A DNA stretch of 64,000 bases, taken from a virus. The position numbers and the translations under genes were made by a program. Shown piece by piece: positions 51,802 to 59,518 of the stretch; the stretch's first letter is position 1, and each line of letters begins with the position of its first letter. The DNA lies in IMG/VR virus record IMGVR_UViG_3300046314_000148, positions 1 to 64,000 of that record. One strand, 5' to 3'. The notes under the pieces were generated by a model. That model worked only from the letters and a program-made list of their open reading frames with translations, did no database searches and had not been told where the DNA came from.

Positions 51802-52167
51802 ATGAATAAGCAACTAAAAGCAGCATCAGCATCGTACGCAAGATCAGTTCTTGCTGCAGCATCTGCCCTATACCTAGCTGGGGTAACTGACCCAGGACAG
51901 CTACTAAACGCACTAATCGCAGGTATCCTACCAGTAGCACTACGTGCATTAAACAAGAACGATCCAGCATTCGGTATAATCGAGAAGCTTGCACAGCCAC
52001 ACCTGGCAAAGCTATCGGATGGTGAGCCTGTAATCTCTAAGGAATATCTGGAGAAGAACAGGGAAGCCATCGAGAAGCTCGCTTCTGAATACCAGAAGGC
52101 TAGCAAGGCTCAGGCAGCTAAGGCAGCTGCTAAGCCAACCACTAAGCCAACACCGAAGAAGAAGTAA
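51802..52167 (+). CDS. Holin-like protein with a basic tail
   Basis: SYARSVLAAA...PVALRALN..DPAFG; strong SD. Confidence 0.65.
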   Translation: MNKQLKAASASYARSVLAAASALYLAGVTDPGQLLNALIAGILPVALRALNKNDPAFGIIEKLAQPHLAKLSDGEPVISKEYLEKNREAIEKLASEYQKASKAQAAKAAAKPTTKPTPKKK

Positions 52168-52183
52168 TTCTCTTAGTATAGAT

Positions 52184-52213
52184 AGGGGGGCCGCAGATGC
52201 GGTCCCTCTTTTC
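52184..52213 (+). terminator. Intrinsic terminator between convergent genes
   Basis: GGGGGGCCGC/GCGGTCCCTC stem + T-run. Confidence 0.75.
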
Positions 52214-52218
52214 TTATG

Positions 52219-52929
52219 CTAGTATACTATCCTATTGTCCCAGGCATAGCTCCAGGAGATTCTACCAAGGTCGCTAGACGAAGTATCTGGCCTCTTGCTG
52301 AAGTCCTTAAAGTTCGCTACGTGAGCCCCATCGTAATGATACTCTAGGGTGGTCTTGCCAGACTTGAGATCATCTATTGTGGTAAATGAACTGCCCATCT
52401 CCCCAATCCCGATCCTCTCCGTAGCCTGAGTGAACACCCTGCCCATCTGAGCAGTGCCACCTATGTATGCTGGGTCCTTGCCATACTCTCTAGCGTTATA
52501 TATGTTAGATAAGTTTATTATGCACTCTAGAATTTCTGGTTGTCTCGGCAGAGAATATATAACAGCATTCTGGATAATGCTTTTGTATTTAAATATCTTT
52601 TTTAGGGCATTGTCTCTAAATACGATGATGTCTTTTTCTAAAGCTATCTTATCTATAAATCTAATTCCCAGGTCAGAGTAGATGCCTCCATGAACATACA
52701 GGATGCACAGCCTGGCAAGGTCTGCCTTGTAAGCGTATGGCTTAACTGCATTGTAGGCCGTAAGGACAGATGGCCCAAAGTTGCTACTAATCAGATCCTT
52801 TATCATTCGGTCATCCCATATTCGGATATCCACACCCTGGGTGCTGGCAAAGGCCCCGATCTCATCTGAATATGTATCTAGATAAACATCTCGCATGGTT
52901 CCAAGGTATATAAGATGTCCTAGATTCAT
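52219..52929 (-). CDS. Glycosyltransferase family 32 (DXD sugar-binding), leaderless
   Basis: YAYKADLARLCILYVHGGIYSDL. Confidence 0.85.
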   Translation of the reverse strand: MNLGHLIYLGTMRDVYLDTYSDEIGAFASTQGVDIRIWDDRMIKDLISSNFGPSVLTAYNAVKPYAYKADLARLCILYVHGGIYSDLGIRFIDKIALEKDIIVFRDNALKKIFKYKSIIQNAVIYSLPRQPEILECIINLSNIYNAREYGKDPAYIGGTAQMGRVFTQATERIGIGEMGSSFTTIDDLKSGKTTLEYHYDGAHVANFKDFSKRPDTSSSDLGRISWSYAWDNRIVY

Positions 52930-52965
52930 GACTAAAGTATATCATAATGGTGATATACTAATACT

Positions 52966-53055
52966 GTCCCCCACATGGGCCTACGCTTAGGATGGATTAG
53001 TTACCTATTTATAAGACCGTGGCCATCGTGCTTGAATTGCCCGTGTGGGGGCTTT
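52966..53055 (+). ncRNA. Candidate ~90-nt small RNA with its own promoter
   Basis: TGATATACT-N6-G(+1); 13-bp terminal stem 52968-52980/53039-53051 followed by TTT. Confidence 0.65.
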
Positions 53056-53071
53056 ATGGTATACTTTTCAT

Positions 53072-53530
53072 ATGGAACAATTACTTATTCAGCTCAAGCA
53101 GCTACTGGCAGACAACATTGCCCTTGCATTTAAGGCACAGGGATACCACTGGAACGTAGAGAGCGACGATTTCCCACAGTTGCACGAATTCTTCGGAAAA
53201 ATATATGAAAACTTTGGTGGTGCAACAGACGGCTATGCAGAGTGGATGCGTATGCTTAAGGTCTACGCACCATATCGCCTAGTTGACTTCTTTGACCAGA
53301 CAACCGTAGGTGAGCCATATATTATCGGGGAGCCAGAGCCAATGCTCGCTGACCTATACACATCAATTGAAAAGCACATTGCAGATCTTGTCGTCGCAGG
53401 AAAGCTAGCTAACACATCTAGCGAATTCGGACTAGCAAACTTCTTTGCCGAGCGTCAGACAGCTTCTCAGAAGCTTTGCTGGCAACTACGTGCATCTATC
53501 GAGATAGAGGAACCAGACACCAATGAATAA
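53072..53530 (+). CDS. dps: Dps / ferritin-like protein, leaderless
   Basis: KAQGYHWNV...FPQLHEFF...D..AE; W.LRA. Confidence 0.88.
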   Translation: MEQLLIQLKQLLADNIALAFKAQGYHWNVESDDFPQLHEFFGKIYENFGGATDGYAEWMRMLKVYAPYRLVDFFDQTTVGEPYIIGEPEPMLADLYTSIEKHIADLVVAGKLANTSSEFGLANFFAERQTASQKLCWQLRASIEIEEPDTNE

Positions 53531-54068
53531 TGATTTAATCACAAAGCAATCACCTTGCTGGGACGGATACGTTCAGCGTGGCATGAAGCCAGGAGAAGGT
53601 GGGGCCATGGTTCCTAACTGCGTTCCTGCAGAAAAGGCAGACGACCTATTCGAAGACTCAGACGATGTCGAATACGATACAGACTCTATGGCAAAGGCCG
53701 AAGGCTATTCTCCTCCAGCTGGTGCAAGAGCAGCAGCACGTAGAGCTATCAAGTTTAAGGAAGATGGCAAGGCTAATGGGGCTGGAACATCTGTAGGCTG
53801 GACTCGTGCAGGGCAGCTGGCAAGAGGGGAGACCATCTCTCTTAGTACTGTTAAGCGTATGTACTCATACTTCTCACGCCACGAGGTAGACAAGAAGGGC
53901 AAGGACTGGGGAAACTCTGCTAACCCATCTAATGGATACATCATGTGGCTTGCCTGGGGTGGAGATGCAGGGTACTCTTGGTCACGTAAGATAGCCCAGA
54001 AGGCTTCGGACAAGGCCCTATTCTCTGACTTCGGCAAAGATTACACAAAGTCTTCTAAGATAGTTTAG
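53523..54068 (+). CDS. Phage protein, possibly head-associated
   Basis: CWDGY...VPNCVP motif plus GWTRAGQLA...VKRMYSYFSRH...WLAWGGDAG domain. Confidence 0.55.
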   Translation: MNNDLITKQSPCWDGYVQRGMKPGEGGAMVPNCVPAEKADDLFEDSDDVEYDTDSMAKAEGYSPPAGARAAARRAIKFKEDGKANGAGTSVGWTRAGQLARGETISLSTVKRMYSYFSRHEVDKKGKDWGNSANPSNGYIMWLAWGGDAGYSWSRKIAQKASDKALFSDFGKDYTKSSKIV

Positions 54069-54079
54069 GTAGCTATAGT

Positions 54080-55018
54080 ATGGGTCAGCCCACTATATTC
54101 ATAACCATACCAGCATACGAGGATCCTCAGCTCCTGGAGACCATAGAGGGGGCACTGGACAATGCCTTATATCCAGAAAGACTATTCTTTTGTATTGGTA
54201 TGCAATACAGAGTTCTGCCAGATATATCTAAATACCTAAGTAATCCAAATTTCAAATTTTTATTTTATGATGTAGATACTAGACCAGGTGTGTACCAGAT
54301 CAGAAAAGAGATGGCAGACGAGCACAGCGGCCAGGACTATTTTATGATGATCGACTCACACATGACATTTGTCAAGTATTGGGACTCTATGTTGGTAAAT
54401 GACTATAAAAATTTGGTGGCAACTCACGGAGAAAAGACCGTGATGTCTAAGCCAGTGACACACAAGATAGGCTTGACCCTAAACAATGGGCATATAAACG
54501 ATTATCCATGTTGGGAGATAAATCGCAATGTCAGCCCTAAAGAGATCAATAGGTTTTTAATTCCAGCAGTTCGCAACATCCCATGGAATGGTGATAGATT
54601 TATAAAGATATACTACGCCTGTAGCCATTTCTTTTTTACTAGCAAAAAGTTTCTAGAGGACCTTGGATTTTTCTCAGGTATAAGATTCTATTGCGAGGAA
54701 CTAATAACTAGCGTCCTAATTTACATATCTGGTTGGGACATATACATGAATCCATCTCATATATTAGTTGGCCACGATGATAAAAAAACCATGAGAAGCC
54801 TATACAATAGAGATAGCTACTCTCTGGCCGATGGCAAGACCTTTACGGCAATAGAAGATGACGGGGGTACCAAGTTGGAGATTGCAAGGTTTGTGCTAAC
54901 TGGAAAGTCTAAGCTCATAGATGTGAACGCTAGCAGATCAGTAGAAGATTATTACACGGTGTCTGGCCTAGCTGACGTATATCGTGAGCTAAAGGTCGAA
55001 AATCTAATATTAGATTAA
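54080..55018 (+). CDS. GT60-like (Skp1-hydroxyproline GlcNAc-transferase family) glycosyltransferase
   Basis: TIFITIPAYEDPQL..TI..A...A.YPERLFF; YFMMIDSHMTF...WD; FYCEE.......GWDIY. Confidence 0.78.
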   Translation: MGQPTIFITIPAYEDPQLLETIEGALDNALYPERLFFCIGMQYRVLPDISKYLSNPNFKFLFYDVDTRPGVYQIRKEMADEHSGQDYFMMIDSHMTFVKYWDSMLVNDYKNLVATHGEKTVMSKPVTHKIGLTLNNGHINDYPCWEINRNVSPKEINRFLIPAVRNIPWNGDRFIKIYYACSHFFFTSKKFLEDLGFFSGIRFYCEELITSVLIYISGWDIYMNPSHILVGHDDKKTMRSLYNRDSYSLADGKTFTAIEDDGGTKLEIARFVLTGKSKLIDVNASRSVEDYYTVSGLADVYRELKVENLILD

Positions 55019-55255
55019 GTCGTGCTCTCTTAGGTATGTTCTGGCTTTATGGCAGTTCGAGCAAACGACATCGCACTTTCTGACCTCTTTCCAGGCAGCG
55101 TCTCTACCAAACTTCTTTAGGACCCTGTATACTATGTCAACCTTCTTGACACCTGGACGATGATCAAACTCTAGGATGTAGTGGGGGTACTTAACCTTAC
55201 AGTCAAGGCAGCCCATCTTTTCCTTATGCGTCTGAAACTCAAGAAAGCTTGTCAT
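55010..55255 (-). CDS. Small HNH endonuclease
   Basis: CLDC...LEFDHR...KCDVVCSNCHKART. Confidence 0.85.
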   Translation of the reverse strand: MTSFLEFQTHKEKMGCLDCKVKYPHYILEFDHRPGVKKVDIVYRVLKKFGRDAAWKEVRKCDVVCSNCHKARTYLREHDLI

Positions 55256-55293
55256 CTATTAAATTATAACATTATTGGTTGTATAATTATTGT

Positions 55294-55521
55294 ATGGATT
55301 TGAACATTGAAAACATTGACGATATCGAGATGCGTTCTCGACAGCTATTGCAAAAGATAGATGATGTTACAGCAGACCTTTATAGCCTGGGTGGCCTAGA
55401 GGAGCGTCTTGTGTTTATGTCTAACCTTCGTAGCCTTATCGCAGAAAAAGATCTTATCGGTGATCAGTTGGCTGTAGATGTTTTAAATTGGGCTTGGCAA
55501 AGACTTGCGGAATCAGACTGA
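55294..55521 (+). CDS. Hypothetical protein, leaderless
   Basis: TATAAT-N6-ATG. Confidence 0.6.
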   Translation: MDLNIENIDDIEMRSRQLLQKIDDVTADLYSLGGLEERLVFMSNLRSLIAEKDLIGDQLAVDVLNWAWQRLAESD

Positions 55522-55549
55522 GTCTGCTAGAATAGTATAGCTAATAATC

Positions 55550-55622
55550 GGCCCCATCGTTTAGAGGCCTAGGACACCGCCCTTTCACGGCGGCAGCACG
55601 GGTTCGAATCCCGTTGGGGTCA
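55550..55622 (+). tRNA. tRNA-Glu(TTC)
   Basis: CCGCC-CTTTCAC-GGCGG arm; upstream TTGCGG-17-TAGAAT promoter. Confidence 0.95.
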
Positions 55623-55642
55623 CTCATAGAGAGAAGATCGGT

Positions 55643-56536
55643 ATGATACTAGTCACAGGTGGTGCAGGATTTATTGGATCCCATCTGGTCGATAAGCTAA
55701 TCAGTGATGGCTTCACCGTGCGAGTAATTGATAACGAGTCTGCCACAGAGAATGATGCCTTCTACTGGAACCCAGAGGCAGACAACCACAAGCTAGACGT
55801 GGCTAACTATGAAGCAACTAGGCATCTCTATGATGGAATAGAGGTTGTCTACCATCTGGCAGCAATCTCCAGAATACAGCCAGCAATTGCCAGCCCACAT
55901 TCTGTAGTAGAAACAAACATTGTTGGTACAGAAAATGTCCTTCGCTGTTCCGCAGAGGCAGGGGTGCAAAGGTTTGTATTCTCATCATCCTCATCTATTT
56001 ATGGTAATAACGATATTCCAAATGTGGAATCTCAGAATGCAGACTGCCTAAACGCATACTCATCAAGCAAGCTCTCTGGCGAGCTCATGTGCAATGCAAT
56101 GCATGGTGTATCTGGAATGGAAACAATCTCTCTTAGATTTTTTAATGTTTATGGTGAGCGTCAGCCGTTACGAGGTAAGTACGCAACAGTAATTGGCCTA
56201 TTCCTTCTCCAGGCCAAAAGAAATTTGCCGCTTACCATAGTGGGTGACGGGCATCAGACAAGAAGCTTTACTCATGTCTCGGATGTTGTAGATGCATGCT
56301 ACAGAGCAGGATTCTCTGTTCCCTGGGATGGGGCATTCGGGGATACCTATAACGTAGGCTATGAAACCTCGTACTCCATAAATGATGTTGCCAAAATGAT
56401 ATCAGATAACACTGCCAGCATCCCAGAAAGAATAGGGGAAGCTAGGCACACACTATCTGACTCCTCTAAGTTTAAGGATGTCTTTGGGTGGAAGCCAAAT
56501 GTATCTCTAGAGGATTGGGTAGCCCAGAATGTCTAA
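55643..56536 (+). CDS. NAD-dependent nucleotide-sugar epimerase/dehydratase
   Basis: VTGGAGFIGSH, HLAA, SSSSIYG, YSSSK, RFFNVYG. Confidence 0.93.
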   Translation: MILVTGGAGFIGSHLVDKLISDGFTVRVIDNESATENDAFYWNPEADNHKLDVANYEATRHLYDGIEVVYHLAAISRIQPAIASPHSVVETNIVGTENVLRCSAEAGVQRFVFSSSSSIYGNNDIPNVESQNADCLNAYSSSKLSGELMCNAMHGVSGMETISLRFFNVYGERQPLRGKYATVIGLFLLQAKRNLPLTIVGDGHQTRSFTHVSDVVDACYRAGFSVPWDGAFGDTYNVGYETSYSINDVAKMISDNTASIPERIGEARHTLSDSSKFKDVFGWKPNVSLEDWVAQNV

Positions 56537-57284
56537 CATGCTAATTATTGGCAAAGGAAAAGTAGGCCAGGCAACAGCAAGAAGCTTACCCTCAGCGACC
56601 ATAGACTTTCACGATCCATACATGGGTATGGTAATCGATGACCCAAGTAGCTATAGCCATGTGATTATCTGTGTAGATACTCTTCAGCAAGGGCCGAGAG
56701 ATTACAGAGATCTGGACTCTGTCCTAGAATATCTAAGCTCCTACAAGAACCTTGTGATAGTCAGAAGCACTATCGATCCAGATAAGGCCAGGGAGCTGGG
56801 CCACCTCTTTGGAGATAACCTAATTATTTTCCCAGAGTTCATGGACCATCATGACTTTAAAAATCAGCGTGACCCAGCCTCTAGGATTGTGCTAGGGGGA
56901 GCCATCAGCATGACTAATGCCTTCTTCGAATTGCTGGGAGATCTCGGGTATCCATGGATTAGAGACACGTTCTTCGTATCTCATGAAGAAGCATCAATAA
57001 TAAAACTATCATCTAACGCAGCATTAGCCACTAAGGTAATCATGTTTAATGCAATATACGAGATCTGCAATAATTATGGAGTACCCTACGATGAGGTCAG
57101 GAAGGCTATAGGTGCTGATTCTAGAATTGGTCTTGGACATACCCTGGTGCCAAGTCCAGATGATGGCCAGCTAGGGTTTGGTGGCCATTGCTTGCCAAAA
57201 GACATAAAGGCAATAGCAGACATTGACAGCCTTGGATTCTTTAGTTTCGTAAACAATTTAAATAAAAGGCTTGGCAGATCCTAA
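56529..57284 (+). CDS. UDP-glucose/GDP-mannose dehydrogenase-like protein lacking the C-terminal domain
   Basis: IIGKGKVG, VRST, FPEF, KLSSN, D.RIG, GFGGHCLPKD. Confidence 0.85.
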   Translation: MSNMLIIGKGKVGQATARSLPSATIDFHDPYMGMVIDDPSSYSHVIICVDTLQQGPRDYRDLDSVLEYLSSYKNLVIVRSTIDPDKARELGHLFGDNLIIFPEFMDHHDFKNQRDPASRIVLGGAISMTNAFFELLGDLGYPWIRDTFFVSHEEASIIKLSSNAALATKVIMFNAIYEICNNYGVPYDEVRKAIGADSRIGLGHTLVPSPDDGQLGFGGHCLPKDIKAIADIDSLGFFSFVNNLNKRLGRS

Positions 57285-57299
57285 ATTGTATGCTACAAT
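57271..57299 (+). promoter_or_regulatory. Promoter for tRNA cluster 2
   Basis: TTGGCA-17-TACAAT with TG. Confidence 0.6.
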
Positions 57300-57305
57300 A
57301 TATCC

Positions 57306-57407
57306 ATGGAGATAACTATGAAGTCAAACCAGCATCCGCATCAGCGATATAGCTTGGCCTACTCGTGGCAACAGCATGCCAGCCTCCAGAGCATTCGCTC
57401 ACTATAA
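57306..57407 (+). CDS. 33-codon leader ORF ahead of the tRNA cluster
   Basis: TACAAT-N6-ATG; also GGAG-N6-ATG at the second Met. Confidence 0.45.
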   Translation: MEITMKSNQHPHQRYSLAYSWQQHASLQSIRSL

Positions 57408-57439
57408 ATCAAACAATCTATAACTTAATAAACATATAA

Positions 57440-57510
57440 TCCTCACTGGTGTAGTGGTAGCACAACAGCTTCCAAACCTGTTGGTCTGAGTTCGATTCTT
57501 AGGTGGGGGG
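57440..57510 (+). tRNA. tRNA-Trp(CCA)
   Basis: Cloverleaf; loop TTCCAAA; C31-C39 mismatch. Confidence 0.85.
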
Positions 57511-57515
57511 CGTAA

Positions 57516-57587
57516 ACCAATATAGCTCAACGGAAGAGCATTTGCCTACGAAGCAAAGGGTTAAAGGTTCGAATCCTTTTATTGGTA
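57516..57587 (+). tRNA. tRNA-Arg(ACG)
   Basis: TTTGC-CTACGAA-GCAAA arm. Confidence 0.9.
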
Positions 57588-57612
57588 CTGATAACTAAAT
57601 ATAGAAATGCAA

Positions 57613-57695
57613 GGAAGTGCGTCGCAGTTGGAGAGGCGAGGCGGTCTGTAAAACCGTTGGGTGCACCTAAGTCAGTTCGAATCTGACCACTTCCA
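57613..57695 (+). tRNA. tRNA-Tyr(GTA)
   Basis: GCGGT-CTGTAAA-ACCGT arm; long variable arm. Confidence 0.9.
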
Positions 57696-57697
57696 CT

Positions 57698-57771
57698 GTG
57701 TACGTAGTTCAATGGTAGAACGCTTGGTTGTGGTCCAAGGAATGGGGGTTCAATTCCCCTCGTGCACCCCA
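57698..57771 (+). tRNA. tRNA-His(GTG), CCA encoded
   Basis: CTTGG-TTGTGGT-CCAAG arm; C73. Confidence 0.92.
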
Positions 57772-57844
57772 GCTCTTCTAGCCCAATGGCAGAGGCAACG
57801 GCTTCAAAACCCGTTTAGTGTAAGTTCGAATCTTACGAGGAGCA
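57772..57844 (+). tRNA. tRNA-Leu(CAA) with a short variable loop
   Basis: Leu-type D arm GCCCAATGGCAGAGGC; loop TTCAAAA; A73. Confidence 0.8.
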
Positions 57845-57846
57845 CA

Positions 57847-57939
57847 AGTTACATAGTATAGTAGGCAGTACGCCATAGTCTATAAACTGTATGCAGCAGA
57901 TGGCTAGGGGAAGCATGGGTTCGAGTCCCATTGTAACTA
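57847..57939 (+). ncRNA. tRNA-like RNA with an enlarged anticodon domain
   Basis: Perfect acceptor stem AGTTACA/TGTAACT, D arm and T arm, but 27 nt in place of the 7-nt anticodon loop. Confidence 0.7.
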
Positions 57940-57968
57940 GGTAAGGTAATGATCTGCCTTACCGATCT

Positions 57969-58040
57969 ACTCCTATGGTGTAATTGGCAACACTACGGTT
58001 TTTGGTACCGTCATTTTTGGTTCGAGTCCAGATAGGAGTG
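57969..58040 (+). tRNA. tRNA-Gln(TTG)
   Basis: ACGGT-TTTTGGT-ACCGT arm. Confidence 0.9.
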
Positions 58041-58123
58041 CTTTGTTACACAATTGTAATACAAATAAAAATATTCTATTAAACAAATCTGTATAATAGA
58101 TCTACAACTATAGAGGAGATAAT

Positions 58124-58345
58124 ATGACAACGGTTTATACTAAGCCAGCATGCGTCCAATGTGACCAGACAAAGAAGCTATTGGATAAGAACGGGGTAGA
58201 GTACACAACCATTGATATCTCTAAGGACCAGGAAGCATTCGACAAGATTGTTGCCATGGGATTCATGTCAGCACCAGTAGTTATTTCTGGAAATGATAGC
58301 TGGGCAGGGTTCCAGCCAGATAAAATTAATTCAATAACTGCTTGA
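58124..58345 (+). CDS. nrdH: NrdH redoxin
   Basis: VYTKPACVQC, SAPVV, WAGFQPDKI. Confidence 0.95.
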   Translation: MTTVYTKPACVQCDQTKKLLDKNGVEYTTIDISKDQEAFDKIVAMGFMSAPVVISGNDSWAGFQPDKINSITA

Positions 58346-58370
58346 CAACTAGCCTCCACCTAAGTATAAT
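58342..58370 (+). promoter_or_regulatory. Consensus SigA promoter
   Basis: TTGACA-17-TATAAT. Confidence 0.8.
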
Positions 58371-58398
58371 AGATATACAAAAGGTATGAGAGGACCCG

Positions 58399-58575
58399 AT
58401 GCACGAAGATATCCTAGGCGTAGTGTTTGGCATTGACCACATTATTGCAGAGTTCTTTTGGAATGCCATATTCGCAATAGCAGTATTTGCATTTTCAAAA
58501 GCCAAGGCTAAGCGTAGCCTACACAAATACATTGATGATAAGCACGGTGTAACACACCAGAAGGATGAGTACTAA
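58399..58575 (+). CDS. Small membrane protein (58 aa; missing from the ORF track)
   Basis: MHEDILGVVFGIDHIIAEFFWNAIF...IDDKHGVTH; SD GAGG. Confidence 0.65.
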   Translation: MHEDILGVVFGIDHIIAEFFWNAIFAIAVFAFSKAKAKRSLHKYIDDKHGVTHQKDEY

Positions 58576-58576
58576 T

Positions 58577-58867
58577 ATGAGCATTAGACCACTAGAAGAT
58601 AAGGTAGTCCTAGAGCTGCCAAAGGCAGAAGAAAAGACAACTCAGTTTGGCCTTATCATTGCAGGAACAGCAGATGAGAAGCCACAGGAGGCAATTGTAG
58701 TGGCTGTAGGTCCAGGAGCCAAGTTTGCAGACGGTAGTACCATGGAAATGGCAGTAGAGCCAGGAGATAAGGTTATCTTTTCTAAGTACCAGGGTACAGA
58801 GGTAGAACACGAAGGCAAGAAGTATCTAATCGTTGCCTACCGAGACATCTTTGCAGTGATTGGATAG
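58577..58867 (+). CDS. groES: GroES co-chaperonin
   Basis: IRPLEDKV, EKPQE..VVAVGPG, GDKVIFSKYQGTEV. Confidence 0.93.
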   Translation: MSIRPLEDKVVLELPKAEEKTTQFGLIIAGTADEKPQEAIVVAVGPGAKFADGSTMEMAVEPGDKVIFSKYQGTEVEHEGKKYLIVAYRDIFAVIG

Positions 58868-59069
58868 TATAATGGGAAGAATTCCAGACATCAACTACGC
58901 AGATGAATATGAGCGTGGTTATGAGGCTGCACTACACGCACTGCATGATGAATTTGAAAAGGAATACTTTAAGATTGCCGATGAAGATCCGTACTATGCG
59001 TACTACATCAAGCATGTTCTAAATGTTATTCGTAAAAAGATTAATCCACTTATCGCCATCGATGAGTAG
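58860..59069 (+). CDS. Hypothetical protein
   Basis: ORF in operon context. Confidence 0.5.
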   Translation: MDSIMGRIPDINYADEYERGYEAALHALHDEFEKEYFKIADEDPYYAYYIKHVLNVIRKKINPLIAIDE

Positions 59070-59241
59070 GCATAGAGCAACCAGCCACTGGTCCTACCTG
59101 TGGGGCATTCTTGATTACCCTATTCCAGTTTATAAGCATTGGCTTCTGAATAGCTGGAACTACTTTACAAAACCAAAGATATCTGCTAAGGTAGCAGAGT
59201 ACACAAAAAGACTTAGGAGACTCCATGACAGAGCCAATTGA
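59062..59241 (+). CDS. Hypothetical protein
   Basis: ATG overlapping the upstream gene end (MSRHRA...). Confidence 0.4.
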   Translation: MSRHRATSHWSYLWGILDYPIPVYKHWLLNSWNYFTKPKISAKVAEYTKRLRRLHDRAN

Positions 59242-59518
59242 GGGCCAGCTAAAAGGCATAGGACTTCGTTTAGACCCACAAGAGATACTAATCGCACCGC
59301 ATGAAGAAGGTGGTCTCAAGTGGGGCTATACGATTATTGATAAGACCCACATTCCTACCATGTATATGGGTGGTGAGTGGAAGAATGTTGTCCCAGAGGG
59401 TGTCTGGCTGCAAATGCTAGACAACTGGGATGCCATTGCCAAGACTGCAAAAGAAGTTTTGGCAGAATATCCAGAGTATCTAGAGTATCCAGAATTGAAG
59501 GCACTTGTAAATGACTAA
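59225..59518 (+). CDS. Hypothetical protein
   Basis: SD AGGAG; coupled to thyX. Confidence 0.6.
   Translation: MTEPIEGQLKGIGLRLDPQEILIAPHEEGGLKWGYTIIDKTHIPTMYMGGEWKNVVPEGVWLQMLDNWDAIAKTAKEVLAEYPEYLEYPELKALVND

Noticed and set aside
52966-53055. Assigning the small RNA as a Y RNA
   Set aside because: The closing stem is Y-like, but the Ro-binding bulged helix matches only weakly and no Ro/Rsr gene is in the window
57772-57844. Reading the tRNA as a UCA opal suppressor, implying genetic-code reassignment
   Set aside because: The stem register centres the loop on CAA; genes end normally in TAA, TAG and TGA with no fragmented ORFs
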